Assembly: GCA_963666275.2 (NCBI GenBank)
Contig: CAXXOA010000001.1
Location: 480,001 to 544,000 of the forward strand
Length of the DNA: 64,000 nt
Source of the DNA: Oceanispirochaeta sp.
GTDB taxonomy: Bacteria > Spirochaetota > Spirochaetia > DSM-2461
Direction: 5' to 3'
Positions 28,294 to 37,599 of this stretch are shown here, piece by piece. The translations under genes and the position numbers were made by a program. Position 1 is the stretch's first letter. The number at the start of each line of letters is the position of its first letter. The notes below the pieces were generated by a model. The model was not told the DNA's origin. It was given only the letters and a program-made list of their open reading frames with translations, and searched no databases.

Positions 28294-28441
28294 GAATATG
28301 TCTGGTAAAATAGCAGTTTTCATGATTTTTTTTCCTTTTTCCTGCCTATCCCTCCACCTAGACAGCTTGTCATAAAATACACATATCAATATACTGTCAA
28401 GCAAATTAGATAATTTAGTATTTATTCCACGGAGGATACAA

Positions 28442-29470
28442 ATGGGTAAAGTTAGAGTTGGATTTAACGGAATGGGAAGAATCGGTAAAAACGTAATGCG
28501 TGTTATCACTTCTCAGTTCAATGACCAAATTGAAATCGTAGCAGGTAACGACCTGGTTTCTGCCGCAGAAATTGCAGCAGGTCTTCCTAAAGATTCAATC
28601 CACGGAAAATTCCCTGTAGATGTAAAACTGATCAGTGACAATGTCATCCAGATCGGTGAACACAAAGTTACAGTATACGCAGAAAAAGATGCAAACAACA
28701 TTCCCTGGGGAAAACACGATGTTGATGTAGTACTGGAATGTACCGGTTTCTACCTGTCAACTGATAAAGCTCAGGCTCACATCAACGCAGGAGCAAAAAA
28801 AGTTATCATTTCCGCTCCCTGTAAAGATGACACCAAAACTGTTGTAATCGGTGTTAACAGCGACACACTGACCGCTGCCGACAAAATCGTTTCCAACGCT
28901 TCCTGTACAACCAACTGTCTGGCTCCCCTGACAAAAGCTGTTGATGATTCTTTCAAAGTAATCACCGGTCTGATGTGTACCACTCACGCCGCAACTGCTA
29001 CTCAGAGAGTACAGGACTTCTTCGGTGGCGGTAAAAACAGAGCTACCGGAAACAACATCATCCCCGCTTCCACCGGTGCTGCTATCGCCGTTGGTAAAGT
29101 ACTTCCCCACCTGAACGGTAAACTGAACGGAACTGCTCTTCGTGTTCCCACCGATACCGGTTCTGTAGTTGAAGTTGTTTACCTGCTCGAAGGAAAACAC
29201 AGCAAAGACGAAATCAACGCTGCCGTTGCTGAGAACGCCAAAAAAATCAACGCCATGTCTGTAACCGGTAAGGTTCTGGATGTAAGCGACTACTACGAAT
29301 GTTCAAGAGACTGTGTAGGCGAAGGCTGGACCTCTATGATGATCCCCGGTAACACTCAGGTAACTGAAGCCGGAGAAAACACACTGGTTAAAATGACTTC
29401 TTTCTACGACAACGAAATGGGTTACTCAACCAAAATGGCTGAGCTGGCTCAGATCTTCTCTGCCCTGTAA
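28442..29470 (+). CDS. gap: Glyceraldehyde-3-phosphate dehydrogenase (type I)
   Basis: NGMGRIG, ECTG, NASCTTNCLAP, IIPASTGAA, RVPT, YDNE; strongly biased codon usage typical of high expression. Confidence 0.95.
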   Translation: MGKVRVGFNGMGRIGKNVMRVITSQFNDQIEIVAGNDLVSAAEIAAGLPKDSIHGKFPVDVKLISDNVIQIGEHKVTVYAEKDANNIPWGKHDVDVVLECTGFYLSTDKAQAHINAGAKKVIISAPCKDDTKTVVIGVNSDTLTAADKIVSNASCTTNCLAPLTKAVDDSFKVITGLMCTTHAATATQRVQDFFGGGKNRATGNNIIPASTGAAIAVGKVLPHLNGKLNGTALRVPTDTGSVVEVVYLLEGKHSKDEINAAVAENAKKINAMSVTGKVLDVSDYYECSRDCVGEGWTSMMIPGNTQVTEAGENTLVKMTSFYDNEMGYSTKMAELAQIFSAL

Positions 29471-29500
29471 GATTTACTTTCAGGCAAACTGAAGAAATAG

Positions 29501-29533
29501 AAAAAAGGATCGCTTCGGCGATCCTTTTTTTTT
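29501..29533 (+). terminator. Terminator after gap (cUUCGg loop), potentially bidirectional
   Basis: AAAAAAGGATCGC-TTCG-GCGATCC-TTTTTTTTT. Confidence 0.9.
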
Positions 29534-29981
29534 GTCCTATCATACTTCATCTTTTTATGGGGACGGAGGAAGGTATTTTTTATGGGGACGGAGGAAGTAA
29601 TGATGAAGCAATAAGGAAGAAATTGTTGTATCAGACAGGGACGGTGTATTAGACAGGGACGGAGGAAGGAAAAAGAGGAAGGAAAAAGAAATAAAATGAA
29701 AGAAACAGGCTGTCAGCTAGGGGGAAATACCGCGAAAGGGCCGTTTTCTCTGCAATATATAATTGATGAGGCCATTTTATTCCATTCTTTTAGGAGACTG
29801 CTCTTGCCGTACAGAAAATTCAGTTTCCGATAGGATAAGTATTGTTTATTTATATAAAAACTGGGTGGTTTTAATAGAAAATTATAATATCCGAAAGGAT
29901 ATTGGAGCATAGCTCAATTATCAAAAATATATTTGGGAGTTTCCGGAATTAGAAAAGATGCAGAAGAAAACTGATTTCCCT

Positions 29982-30473
29982 TTATATAATCAGTTTTACC
30001 CATTCATCCGGCGGATCCATAAGTCGATACCGGCCTTTTTTGAGTTCATATAGTCCTCCCCAGTAATAATCAGCCGCATTTTTGCACATCCCGGCTTTGA
30101 CAGGATTCTCTGATATGTAGTTGAAGGTATTCACAAGCTGGCGGAAGCTTGTAATTATTTTGCTTTTAAACCGGTCATACCATACATGGCCGTTCCGGCC
30201 GAATCTTTTGTTCAGACGTAAAGCAAAAACACCCAGGATCCACTGCATCATCACAGAGAGGTTTGTGTCTTTTCCCGGCTGAACTAATAAGTGTATATGA
30301 TTAGTCATTACACTGTATTGTTTTAGATGACATTTGTGTTTTTTCTTCGCTTCATTTACAACAGAAACAAACAGTTCTTTTACTTCATCCGAATACAGGA
30401 TGAACTCTCCTCTGTTTGACTTGGCAGTCACATGGTAGGTCGCTCCTTCCTGGAGTTGTCTTCTTTTTCTCAT
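29982..30473 (-). CDS. HUH Y1 tyrosine transposase (IS200/RAYT-like)
   Basis: YHVT, MTNHIHLL (HUH), GHVWYDRFKS, YISENPVKAG (catalytic Tyr). Confidence 0.92.
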   Translation of the reverse strand: MRKRRQLQEGATYHVTAKSNRGEFILYSDEVKELFVSVVNEAKKKHKCHLKQYSVMTNHIHLLVQPGKDTNLSVMMQWILGVFALRLNKRFGRNGHVWYDRFKSKIITSFRQLVNTFNYISENPVKAGMCKNAADYYWGGLYELKKGRYRLMDPPDEWVKLII

Positions 30474-30620
30474 ACATGCTTATACAGAAGTTTTGCCGGC
30501 AGTGCTTCAATTACACGGACTATTTTTTATCAAAGTTTTTTCCTGAAGCTTTTTCCTCCGTCCCCAATAATAAATAATATTTTCAATAATGAATAAAGCC
30601 AGATTCCATGTTTTCTACCT

Positions 30621-30692
30621 CTATTTTCTTCCTCCGTCCTATTTTCTTCCTCCGTCCTATTTTCTTCCTCCGTCCTATTTTCTTCCTCCGTC
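30621..30692 (+). repeat. 4 x 18-bp perfect tandem repeat CTATTTTCTTCCTCCGTC
   Basis: Directly visible. Confidence 0.95.
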
Positions 30693-30821
30693 CCCGTGCC
30701 GGGGATAAATCTTTTCAGTACAAGCGTTGACTGAGCGGATGGTTGCTAGCGAAGTCGAAGTAGCCGAAGCTCAAGGGAATAAAGCCTGTTGTCTGCAGCT
30801 GTCTTTCGGTATAATTACCCT

Positions 30822-31985
30822 ATGACAGCAAAGGCATACCAACTGGAAAAAATCATCACATTCCGCCGGGAACTACACAGGCATCCGGAACTATCCGGAC
30901 AGGAGCAGGAGACGGCCCGCCGGGTCGAGGATATGCTCAAGGAATCCGAGCCTGATCAGATACTATCCGGTCTGGGTGGGCATGGTGTGGCGGCTGTTTA
31001 CAGGGGCATCCATCCCGGTCCGGATCTGATGTTCCGCTGCGAGCTGGATGCTCTTCCTGTAAGAGAAGCTTCCGGGTTCGATTATGACTCTCTCGCTCCC
31101 GGTATTTCCCATAAATGCGGCCACGACGGTCATATGGCTATACTCGCCGGGATTGCTGGAGCCATGAAGGGCTATCGGGACTTTTCAGGCCGACTGATCC
31201 TGCTTTTCCAGCCCGCCGAAGAGACCGGTGCCGGAGCCGCCGCTGTCGTAAAGGATCCCCTGTATGATTTGATCCGCCCGGATTTTATTTTTGCTCTCCA
31301 CAACTGGCCGGGGTATCCTCAGGGGCATCTGGTTCTCCGGGAAGGGACTATGTTTTCCGCTTCGCTGGGGCTTCAGCTGGAGTTTACCGGTGAGTCGGCC
31401 CATGCTATGGCCCCTGAAGAGGGCAGGAGCCCTATTGAGGCCATCAAAACCCTGCACGCACAGCTGGGGCATCTGCATAATCCTGATAAAGACTCCGACG
31501 AGTTCAGCCTGATTACCACCGTGGGGTTGAATATCGGAGGAGATGATCATGGGGTGTCTCCGGGTCGGGGTAAGCTCTCACTGACTTTACGGGCTTACTG
31601 TCAGGATATACTGGACACCCTGACAGCCCGGGTACTGGCGGAAGCAGAAAAAACAGCTGCTTCCCACTCGCTGAGGTTGGATATCTCTACAGAAGATGTT
31701 TTTCCCGAAACCCGCAACCATCCTGCCTGTGTGGCAGTTCTGAAAAAGGCGGCTTCCATGGAGGGAATCCCTATGATTGAAAAGAAAAAGGGGCTGGCCA
31801 GCTCTGAAGATGCGGGAGTTCTCTTCCGGACTGCCCGGACAGGAGGAGCCATCTTCCTCCTGGGGAACGGGGAGGATTCCGCTCCTCTCCACTCCTTTGA
31901 TTATGATTTTAATGATTCTCTTTTAGAGTCTGGAATTGCCATTTTCTCCCGGATTTTTGCAGATATCCTGAAGATGAAGATGTAA
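30822..31985 (+). CDS. M20 family amidohydrolase
   Basis: RRELHRHPELS, ELDALP, HKCGHDGH, FQPAEE, LHNWPG, SEDA. Confidence 0.92.
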   Translation: MTAKAYQLEKIITFRRELHRHPELSGQEQETARRVEDMLKESEPDQILSGLGGHGVAAVYRGIHPGPDLMFRCELDALPVREASGFDYDSLAPGISHKCGHDGHMAILAGIAGAMKGYRDFSGRLILLFQPAEETGAGAAAVVKDPLYDLIRPDFIFALHNWPGYPQGHLVLREGTMFSASLGLQLEFTGESAHAMAPEEGRSPIEAIKTLHAQLGHLHNPDKDSDEFSLITTVGLNIGGDDHGVSPGRGKLSLTLRAYCQDILDTLTARVLAEAEKTAASHSLRLDISTEDVFPETRNHPACVAVLKKAASMEGIPMIEKKKGLASSEDAGVLFRTARTGGAIFLLGNGEDSAPLHSFDYDFNDSLLESGIAIFSRIFADILKMKM

Positions 31986-32137
31986 AAGGGGGACTTAGAA
32001 AAGCCATTCGCTTTCCTCCCTCTCCCTCTGGGCTGGTCGGAAGCAGGCCGCCTACTCGCCTAGGCTGCTTAGGAGGGAGGGGGAAAGTGGACTACTTTTC
32101 ATTCTGATTAGATAAAATATTCTATGTTGATCTATTC

Positions 32138-32162
32138 AAAAAAGGATCGCCGAAGCGATCCT
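32138..32162 (-). terminator. Intrinsic terminator of the minus-strand lipoprotein gene, identical to the gap terminator
   Basis: Reverse complement reads AGGATCGCTTCGGCGATCCTTTTTT. Confidence 0.85.
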
Positions 32163-32184
32163 GATAATTGTCAAAAACATACTG

Positions 32185-32754
32185 TTACTGTTGTATTACT
32201 CCCAGCTCATTTGCTGTTGAAATATCTACCATCTCAATACTCTGTTTTGTAATTCCAGAACTTACTCCGGATGAACTTTCTGTTACAGTGATTGTATATT
32301 CTCCATCATCATAATAACCATCATCTGAATTATCCCAAACAGCTATGAAGAAGCTACCAGAATAATCGAGGGTATTAAAAGTTAATATTTCATTCCCCTG
32401 GTAACCATTTGCATTCTGAATTATATTATTTCCATTTGTATATTGCAAAATATAATCAGAAGAATTCGTTAAAGCTACAACTAGATTTAAATTTGATCCA
32501 GACACCCAATTAACAGTAATTGTATATTCAGTATAACTTTCATAATCAAAATAGAAATAATCAGCATCATACCCATTGTTGAATAATATCTCTGCATCAT
32601 ATGATCTGCCCAGTGAAATTTTATTAGCTTGTGAAGGAGATCCATTCGGTTCCTCTTCCTCATAGGATTTACTGCCTCCATCATCATCCATAAAAAACAC
32701 GGTACAGCCGGACATCAGCAGTACTGTCAAAAGCAAAAATAATATTTTTTTCAT
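32185..32754 (-). CDS. AT-rich lipoprotein with a PPC-like beta domain
   Basis: MKK + hydrophobic stretch + LMSGC lipobox; EEEPN.S..QAN, D.DYFYF, GEYTITV pattern. Confidence 0.75.
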   Translation of the reverse strand: MKKILFLLLTVLLMSGCTVFFMDDDGGSKSYEEEEPNGSPSQANKISLGRSYDAEILFNNGYDADYFYFDYESYTEYTITVNWVSGSNLNLVVALTNSSDYILQYTNGNNIIQNANGYQGNEILTFNTLDYSGSFFIAVWDNSDDGYYDDGEYTITVTESSSGVSSGITKQSIEMVDISTANELGVIQQ

Positions 32755-32876
32755 TGTTCCAATTCTCCAATTAAGAGCGTTTCTAAAGACATTATAAAGC
32801 TAGGGATTTTTTTTTACAATAATTTTACAAAAATCTTGGTTTGACAGATGAATTTCGGCCGTTTAATTTTGTATTT

Positions 32877-34439
32877 ATGAAGATTTACCATGGCATTATC
32901 ATTACCTGCGATAAAGAGGACAGGGTTTGCTCCTATCTTGTGGAGGATCAGGGGCGTATTGTTTTTACAGGGGACCGGCTTCCCGAAATGTATACTCATC
33001 TTTCTGTGACGGAACTGCTCGACAAGGCTATGGTTCCCGCTTTTGCGGATACTCATACCCATTTTTCCTCTTTTGCCCTTTTCCATTCGGGAATTCATCT
33101 ATCTGCCTTCCGCTCCAATCGCGAGATACTGGAACACCTGGCCAGGATCCATGAGGACGCTCCGGATGAAATCCTTATAGGTTTCGGTCTCTCTCCCCAT
33201 TCGGTAGAGGAGGGACGTCTGATTTCACGGGAGGAGCTGGACCTGGCTGTGCCCCGTTATCCCGCTTTTCTTGTGAATTATGACGGACACTCCTGTGTTC
33301 TCAATTCTGTTCTGCTGAACAGGCTGCCCGATTCCCTGAAGGAGCTCAGGGGATTCAATGCAGACAGCGGCCTGATGGGGCAGGAAGCTTTTTTCCGGAT
33401 TGTGGATTATGTCACCGGTTCGGTCTCACCTGTCAGGATCATTCACAATATGTACCATGCCTATGAATACATGGCTGATCACGGCTTCGGTCTTTTCCAC
33501 TCTGTCAGCGGGGTGGGGTATCCCCGGGATCTGGATGTGGATCTGGAGCGCTGGATCGGACGGGGGATCCGGTCGGGCATACAGAGCCGTATCTTTTTCC
33601 AGACCATGGATATCCGAAAGGTCAGGAGGAGGGGGCTTCCCCGGATCGGGGGATGTTTTGCCACGGCTCTTGACGGCTGTTTCGGTTCCCGGGATGCGGC
33701 TCTCATTGATCCATACGAGAATAGCGAGAACAGGGGGATCCTTTTCTACAGTGACGAGGAGGTGCGGGATTTCTGCCTCCGGGCCAACAGGAAGGGATTG
33801 CAGATCCAGATGCATGCCATAGGAGATGCCGCGTTTGACCAGGCGGCCCTGGCTCTGGAAGAGGCCCTGAAGGACTACCCCAGAGAGGATCACCGCCACG
33901 GGATTATCCATGCGTCCCTGCCGACCGAAAGGGGAATGGATATCTGCGCTGCCAGGGGGATTCAGATCCCTGTCCAGCCGGCGTTTCTTAACTGGCCTCA
34001 GGAACCGGGATCCTATTTAAGGGAGATTCTGGGAGCCCGGGAGGAGAGGCTCAATCCTCTGAGAACGCTTTGGGACAGGGGGATCCTTCTTTCGGGAGGA
34101 TCGGATGCTCCCGTTACCTATCCCGACCCTGTTCTGGGAATCCATAATGCCTGTAACCATCCCTATCCCTCCCAGTCCCTCTCGGTCAGGGAAGCGTTGA
34201 AGCTTTTTACAATCAACGGATATAAAGCCTCTTTCGATGAGCAGATGGGAGGATCCCTGGAACCGGGCAAACGGGCGGATATGACTATCCTTTCGGCTAA
34301 TCCTCTGGCAATCCCCAGGGAGAAACTGAAAACCCTTTCCGTGGAATCCCTGCTGTTGAAAGGAAAAGAGACCCACTCCGTCAGGGAACTGCCTTTTCTG
34401 ACTATTTCCAGAGGGCTGTTCAGCAGAAAAAAGGTATGA
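32877..34439 (+). CDS. Amidohydrolase_3 (YtcJ-like) metal-dependent hydrolase
   Basis: PAFADTHTH, DGHS, LDG, MHAIGD, HGIIHA, GSDAP, GSLEPGKRAD. Confidence 0.9.
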   Translation: MKIYHGIIITCDKEDRVCSYLVEDQGRIVFTGDRLPEMYTHLSVTELLDKAMVPAFADTHTHFSSFALFHSGIHLSAFRSNREILEHLARIHEDAPDEILIGFGLSPHSVEEGRLISREELDLAVPRYPAFLVNYDGHSCVLNSVLLNRLPDSLKELRGFNADSGLMGQEAFFRIVDYVTGSVSPVRIIHNMYHAYEYMADHGFGLFHSVSGVGYPRDLDVDLERWIGRGIRSGIQSRIFFQTMDIRKVRRRGLPRIGGCFATALDGCFGSRDAALIDPYENSENRGILFYSDEEVRDFCLRANRKGLQIQMHAIGDAAFDQAALALEEALKDYPREDHRHGIIHASLPTERGMDICAARGIQIPVQPAFLNWPQEPGSYLREILGAREERLNPLRTLWDRGILLSGGSDAPVTYPDPVLGIHNACNHPYPSQSLSVREALKLFTINGYKASFDEQMGGSLEPGKRADMTILSANPLAIPREKLKTLSVESLLLKGKETHSVRELPFLTISRGLFSRKKV

Positions 34440-34549
34440 ACCTGCTGGAAAATAAAGTTAGCTAAAACTAATTATTGATTCCCGCCGGTAATCCTATTAA
34501 GTTTGTTGTATAAGAGGAAAATTTAAGAATAGCTGCAGGAGGCTGAATT

Positions 34550-34717
34550 TTGGCTAAGGTGAAAAAAAAGATGTGCAAACTGGCAAAAGACGGTTTGAAG
34601 GAGAATGAAGAGGGAATCCTCTCGGAAGTTCTCCAGCCGAAGTATATCTGTAAGAAATGTCTGAGAGTGGCAACAAATAACAAGCTGCTCTGCGACCCGA
34701 AAAAACTGGAGAAATAG
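34550..34717 (+). CDS. Unannotated 55-aa Lys/Cys-rich small protein (C-x24-CKKC-x10-C), probable metal binder
   Basis: AGGAGG RBS at 34537-34542, TTG start; MAKVKKKMCKLAKDGLKENEEGILSEVLQPKYICKKCLRVATNNKLLCDPKKLEK; below the ORF-track size cutoff. Confidence 0.75.
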   Translation: MAKVKKKMCKLAKDGLKENEEGILSEVLQPKYICKKCLRVATNNKLLCDPKKLEK

Positions 34718-34760
34718 AGGCTGAACAGGTCTGTATTGGGCTTATTTCAAGGAGGATCAA

Positions 34761-35897
34761 ATGGTTATCGGTATTCCGAAAGAAACAGGACCGGGGGAGA
34801 CAAGAGTGGCTCTGACACCCGAAGGGATAATGAAGCTGATGTCCGGAGACAGGTTTTCCTTTCTTGTTCAGAAAGGCGCCGGAGAACAATCCGGTTATCC
34901 TGATCAGGAATATGAAAAGGAAGGTGTTTCTTTTGCAGCCGCATACGAAGACATCCTGTCTCAGGCTGATATTCTGATTATGGTAAACCGCCCTTCAAAA
35001 GAGGATGTCGCCAACATGAAGGAGGGGGCGGTCCTGATCTGTCAGCTGGATCCTTTCAATGAGACCTCCCTGGTGGATGAACTGGCCCGGAGGGGTATCC
35101 TCAGTATCAGCCTGGAGATGATTCCCAGAAGTACCATTGCCCAGAAAATGGATGTTCTCAGTTCCCAGGCTTCTCTGGCGGGGTATATGGCGGTTGTCCG
35201 CTCTGCGGCAGAGCTGGGAAAGGCATTTCCCATGATGATGACTCCTGCCGGGACAATCTCACCCTCCCGGGTTTTTGTCATAGGTGCAGGAGTGGCCGGG
35301 CTCCAGGCTATTGCTACAGCAAAAAGGATGGGGGCTAATGTTTCCGCCTTCGATACCCGCCCTGTGGTGGAAGAGCAGGTTCAGTCCCTGGGAGCCCGGT
35401 TTGTAAAACTGGACCTGGGAGAGACGGGGCAGACCAAAGACGGTTATGCCAGAGAGCTGACTCCCGAACAGCTGGAAAAGCAGAGGGAACTGATGGGGAA
35501 AGTCTGCAGTCAGTCGGATATTGTGATTACCACGGCCCGTGTCTTCGGCAGGAAAGCTCCTGTCATCATTACATCCGATATGGTTGGGAAGATGAAAAAA
35601 GGCAGTCTGATCATTGATATGGCAGTGGATTCAGGCGGAAATGTGGAAGGTTCCGATCCCTCAGGGATACGGGAGATCGACGGCGTCAGAATCCTGGGAT
35701 ACAGCAAACCCGAAAGGGATGTTCCCTATCATGCCAGCCAGATGTATTCGGGCAATGTCCGGGCTTTTCTTGAAACTTTTATAAACAGTGAAACAGGCGC
35801 ACTGGATCTGGAACAGGACCACGAGATCCTGAAGGGCTGCACCATTACCCGGGGCGGCAGGATCGTTCACGAACGCTTTATCAAGGAGGCAGAGTGA
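34761..35897 (+). CDS. pntA: NAD(P) transhydrogenase alpha subunit part 1 (domain I)
   Basis: IGIPKE..GETRVA.TP, IPR..AQKMDVLSSQ, GAGVAGLQAI, DTRP. Confidence 0.95.
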   Translation: MVIGIPKETGPGETRVALTPEGIMKLMSGDRFSFLVQKGAGEQSGYPDQEYEKEGVSFAAAYEDILSQADILIMVNRPSKEDVANMKEGAVLICQLDPFNETSLVDELARRGILSISLEMIPRSTIAQKMDVLSSQASLAGYMAVVRSAAELGKAFPMMMTPAGTISPSRVFVIGAGVAGLQAIATAKRMGANVSAFDTRPVVEEQVQSLGARFVKLDLGETGQTKDGYARELTPEQLEKQRELMGKVCSQSDIVITTARVFGRKAPVIITSDMVGKMKKGSLIIDMAVDSGGNVEGSDPSGIREIDGVRILGYSKPERDVPYHASQMYSGNVRAFLETFINSETGALDLEQDHEILKGCTITRGGRIVHERFIKEAE

Positions 35898-36187
35898 TGG
35901 AAGCAGTCTATCTGTTATTTATTCTTATACTGGCGATCTTTCTGGGACTGGAACTGATCCGGAAGGTTCCCGCCACTCTCCATACTCCCCTGATGTCGGG
36001 AAGCAATGCTATTTCAGGGATCACCCTTGTGGGCGCCCTGATTTCCGCAGGCTCGGCAGACTCCTGGGTCACCATTGTCCTGGGAACCTGTGCGGTCGCC
36101 TTTGCCACCATCAATGTTGTCGGAGGGTATCTGGTTACGGACCGGATGCTGGGCATGTTCAAAAAGAAAAAGGATGAAACCCCATGA
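35897..36187 (+). CDS. pntA: NAD(P) transhydrogenase alpha subunit part 2 (membrane)
   Basis: LHTPLMSGSNAISG, NVVGGYLVTDRML. Confidence 0.95.
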   Translation: MEAVYLLFILILAIFLGLELIRKVPATLHTPLMSGSNAISGITLVGALISAGSADSWVTIVLGTCAVAFATINVVGGYLVTDRMLGMFKKKKDETP

Positions 36188-37569
36188 CAATGATTATCAA
36201 TATGTTCTATATCCTTTCGTCGGTTCTATTTATTCTGGGACTGAAGCTTTTAAGTTCTCCCGCTACAGCCCGGAAAGGTAACTTCCTTTCCGCTCTGGGT
36301 ATGCTGATTGCCGTGGTGGTAACCCTCTTCAGCCGGGAGATCCTCTCCTTCCAGTGGATCCTTATAGGGATTGCCGCTGGAACGCTGATCGGTCTGCTGG
36401 CCGCCAGGCTGGTCGCCATGACAGCAATGCCCCAGATGGTTGCCCTGTTCAACGGTTTCGGCGGAATAGCCAGTCTTCTGGTCGCCTGGGGTGTATTCAT
36501 GAGCAATCCCCGGACCGATAACTTTACACTTCTGACCCTGTTCCTTTCGGTCCTTATCGGAGGCGTTACCTTTACGGGCAGTATGGTTGCCTGGGGAAAA
36601 CTGGACGGCAAACTACCCACCCGGCCGATCCTCTACAGGGGGCAGCAGTTTGTAAACTCCCTTGTCCTGGCTGTTCTGGCCGCTCTGGCCGTGTTCTTTC
36701 TACTCCCCGGAATTCTCCCCGTTACATCGGGTCAGATTATCCTGGGAGCCGTGGGATTTTCTCTTCTCCTGGGGATTCTGGTTGTCATCCCCATCGGCGG
36801 AGCGGATATGCCTGTGGTTATCTCTCTTCTGAACTCCTACTCCGGCCTGGCCGCCTGTGCGGCGGGATTTGCGATCCGGAACAACCTCCTGATTGTATCG
36901 GGAGCTCTTGTGGGGGCCAGCGGTATCATTCTGACAAATATCATGTGCAAGGCTATGAACCGGTCTCTGGCGAATGTGCTCTTCAGCGGATTCGGTTCCG
37001 CCGGAGGTTCCGAGACCGCAGCGGAAGGTGAGGAGGGCGAGATCCGTCCCATCAATATCGATGATGCCTATCTGATCCTGGAAGCGGCTTCCAATGTGGT
37101 GATCATTCCCGGATACGGTATGGCTGTGGCTCAGGCCCAGCATGCTGTCAAGGAGCTGACAGATCTTCTGGAGGCCAATGGTACGGAGGTCAATTTTGCC
37201 ATCCACCCCGTAGCCGGCAGGATGCCGGGGCATATGAATGTGCTTCTGGCCGAGGCGAATGTTCCCTATGACAAGCTCCGGGAAATGGATGATATCAATC
37301 CCCAGATGGACAATGCCGATGTGGCCATTGTGATCGGTGCCAATGATGTTGTGAATCCAGCCGCCCGGGAGGTGGAGAGCAGCCCGATTTACGGTATGCC
37401 CATTATCAATGCCGACAGAGCCAGGACAGTCTTTGTTCTGAAACGGTCGATGCGGACCGGGTTTGCCGGTATAGCCAATCCTCTGTTTTACAAAGAGAAC
37501 ACCCGGATGCTCTTCGGCGATGCCAAATCCTCCATTCAGGGCATTGTTGCGGAGTTCAAAAGCGACTGA
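36184..37569 (+). CDS. pntB: NAD(P) transhydrogenase beta subunit
   Basis: MPQMVALFNG, IGGADMPVVISLLNSYSG, PGYGMAVAQAQH, HPVAGRMPGHMNVLLAEA. Confidence 0.97.
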   Translation: MTMIINMFYILSSVLFILGLKLLSSPATARKGNFLSALGMLIAVVVTLFSREILSFQWILIGIAAGTLIGLLAARLVAMTAMPQMVALFNGFGGIASLLVAWGVFMSNPRTDNFTLLTLFLSVLIGGVTFTGSMVAWGKLDGKLPTRPILYRGQQFVNSLVLAVLAALAVFFLLPGILPVTSGQIILGAVGFSLLLGILVVIPIGGADMPVVISLLNSYSGLAACAAGFAIRNNLLIVSGALVGASGIILTNIMCKAMNRSLANVLFSGFGSAGGSETAAEGEEGEIRPINIDDAYLILEAASNVVIIPGYGMAVAQAQHAVKELTDLLEANGTEVNFAIHPVAGRMPGHMNVLLAEANVPYDKLREMDDINPQMDNADVAIVIGANDVVNPAAREVESSPIYGMPIINADRARTVFVLKRSMRTGFAGIANPLFYKENTRMLFGDAKSSIQGIVAEFKSD

Positions 37570-37599
37570 TACTATACTGTTTTACAATAGGAGATTGGA

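Larger units (their letters stand above)
29559..30695. mobile_element. RAYT/TnpA(REP)-like locus bounded by inverted arrays of GGG(G)ACGGAGGAAG repeats
   Basis: Left copies at 29559, 29584, 29656 plus a partial at 29638; right reverse-complement copies at 30553 and 30621-30695; outermost 14 bp form a perfect inverted repeat. Confidence 0.75.

Noticed and set aside
29713..29910. 65-aa ORF downstream of the HUH transposase
   Set aside because: No motifs and a weak RBS; kept only as possible cargo, not called as a gene
30621..30692. CRISPR array (18-bp repeats)
   Set aside because: Head-to-tail repeats with no spacers and no cas genes
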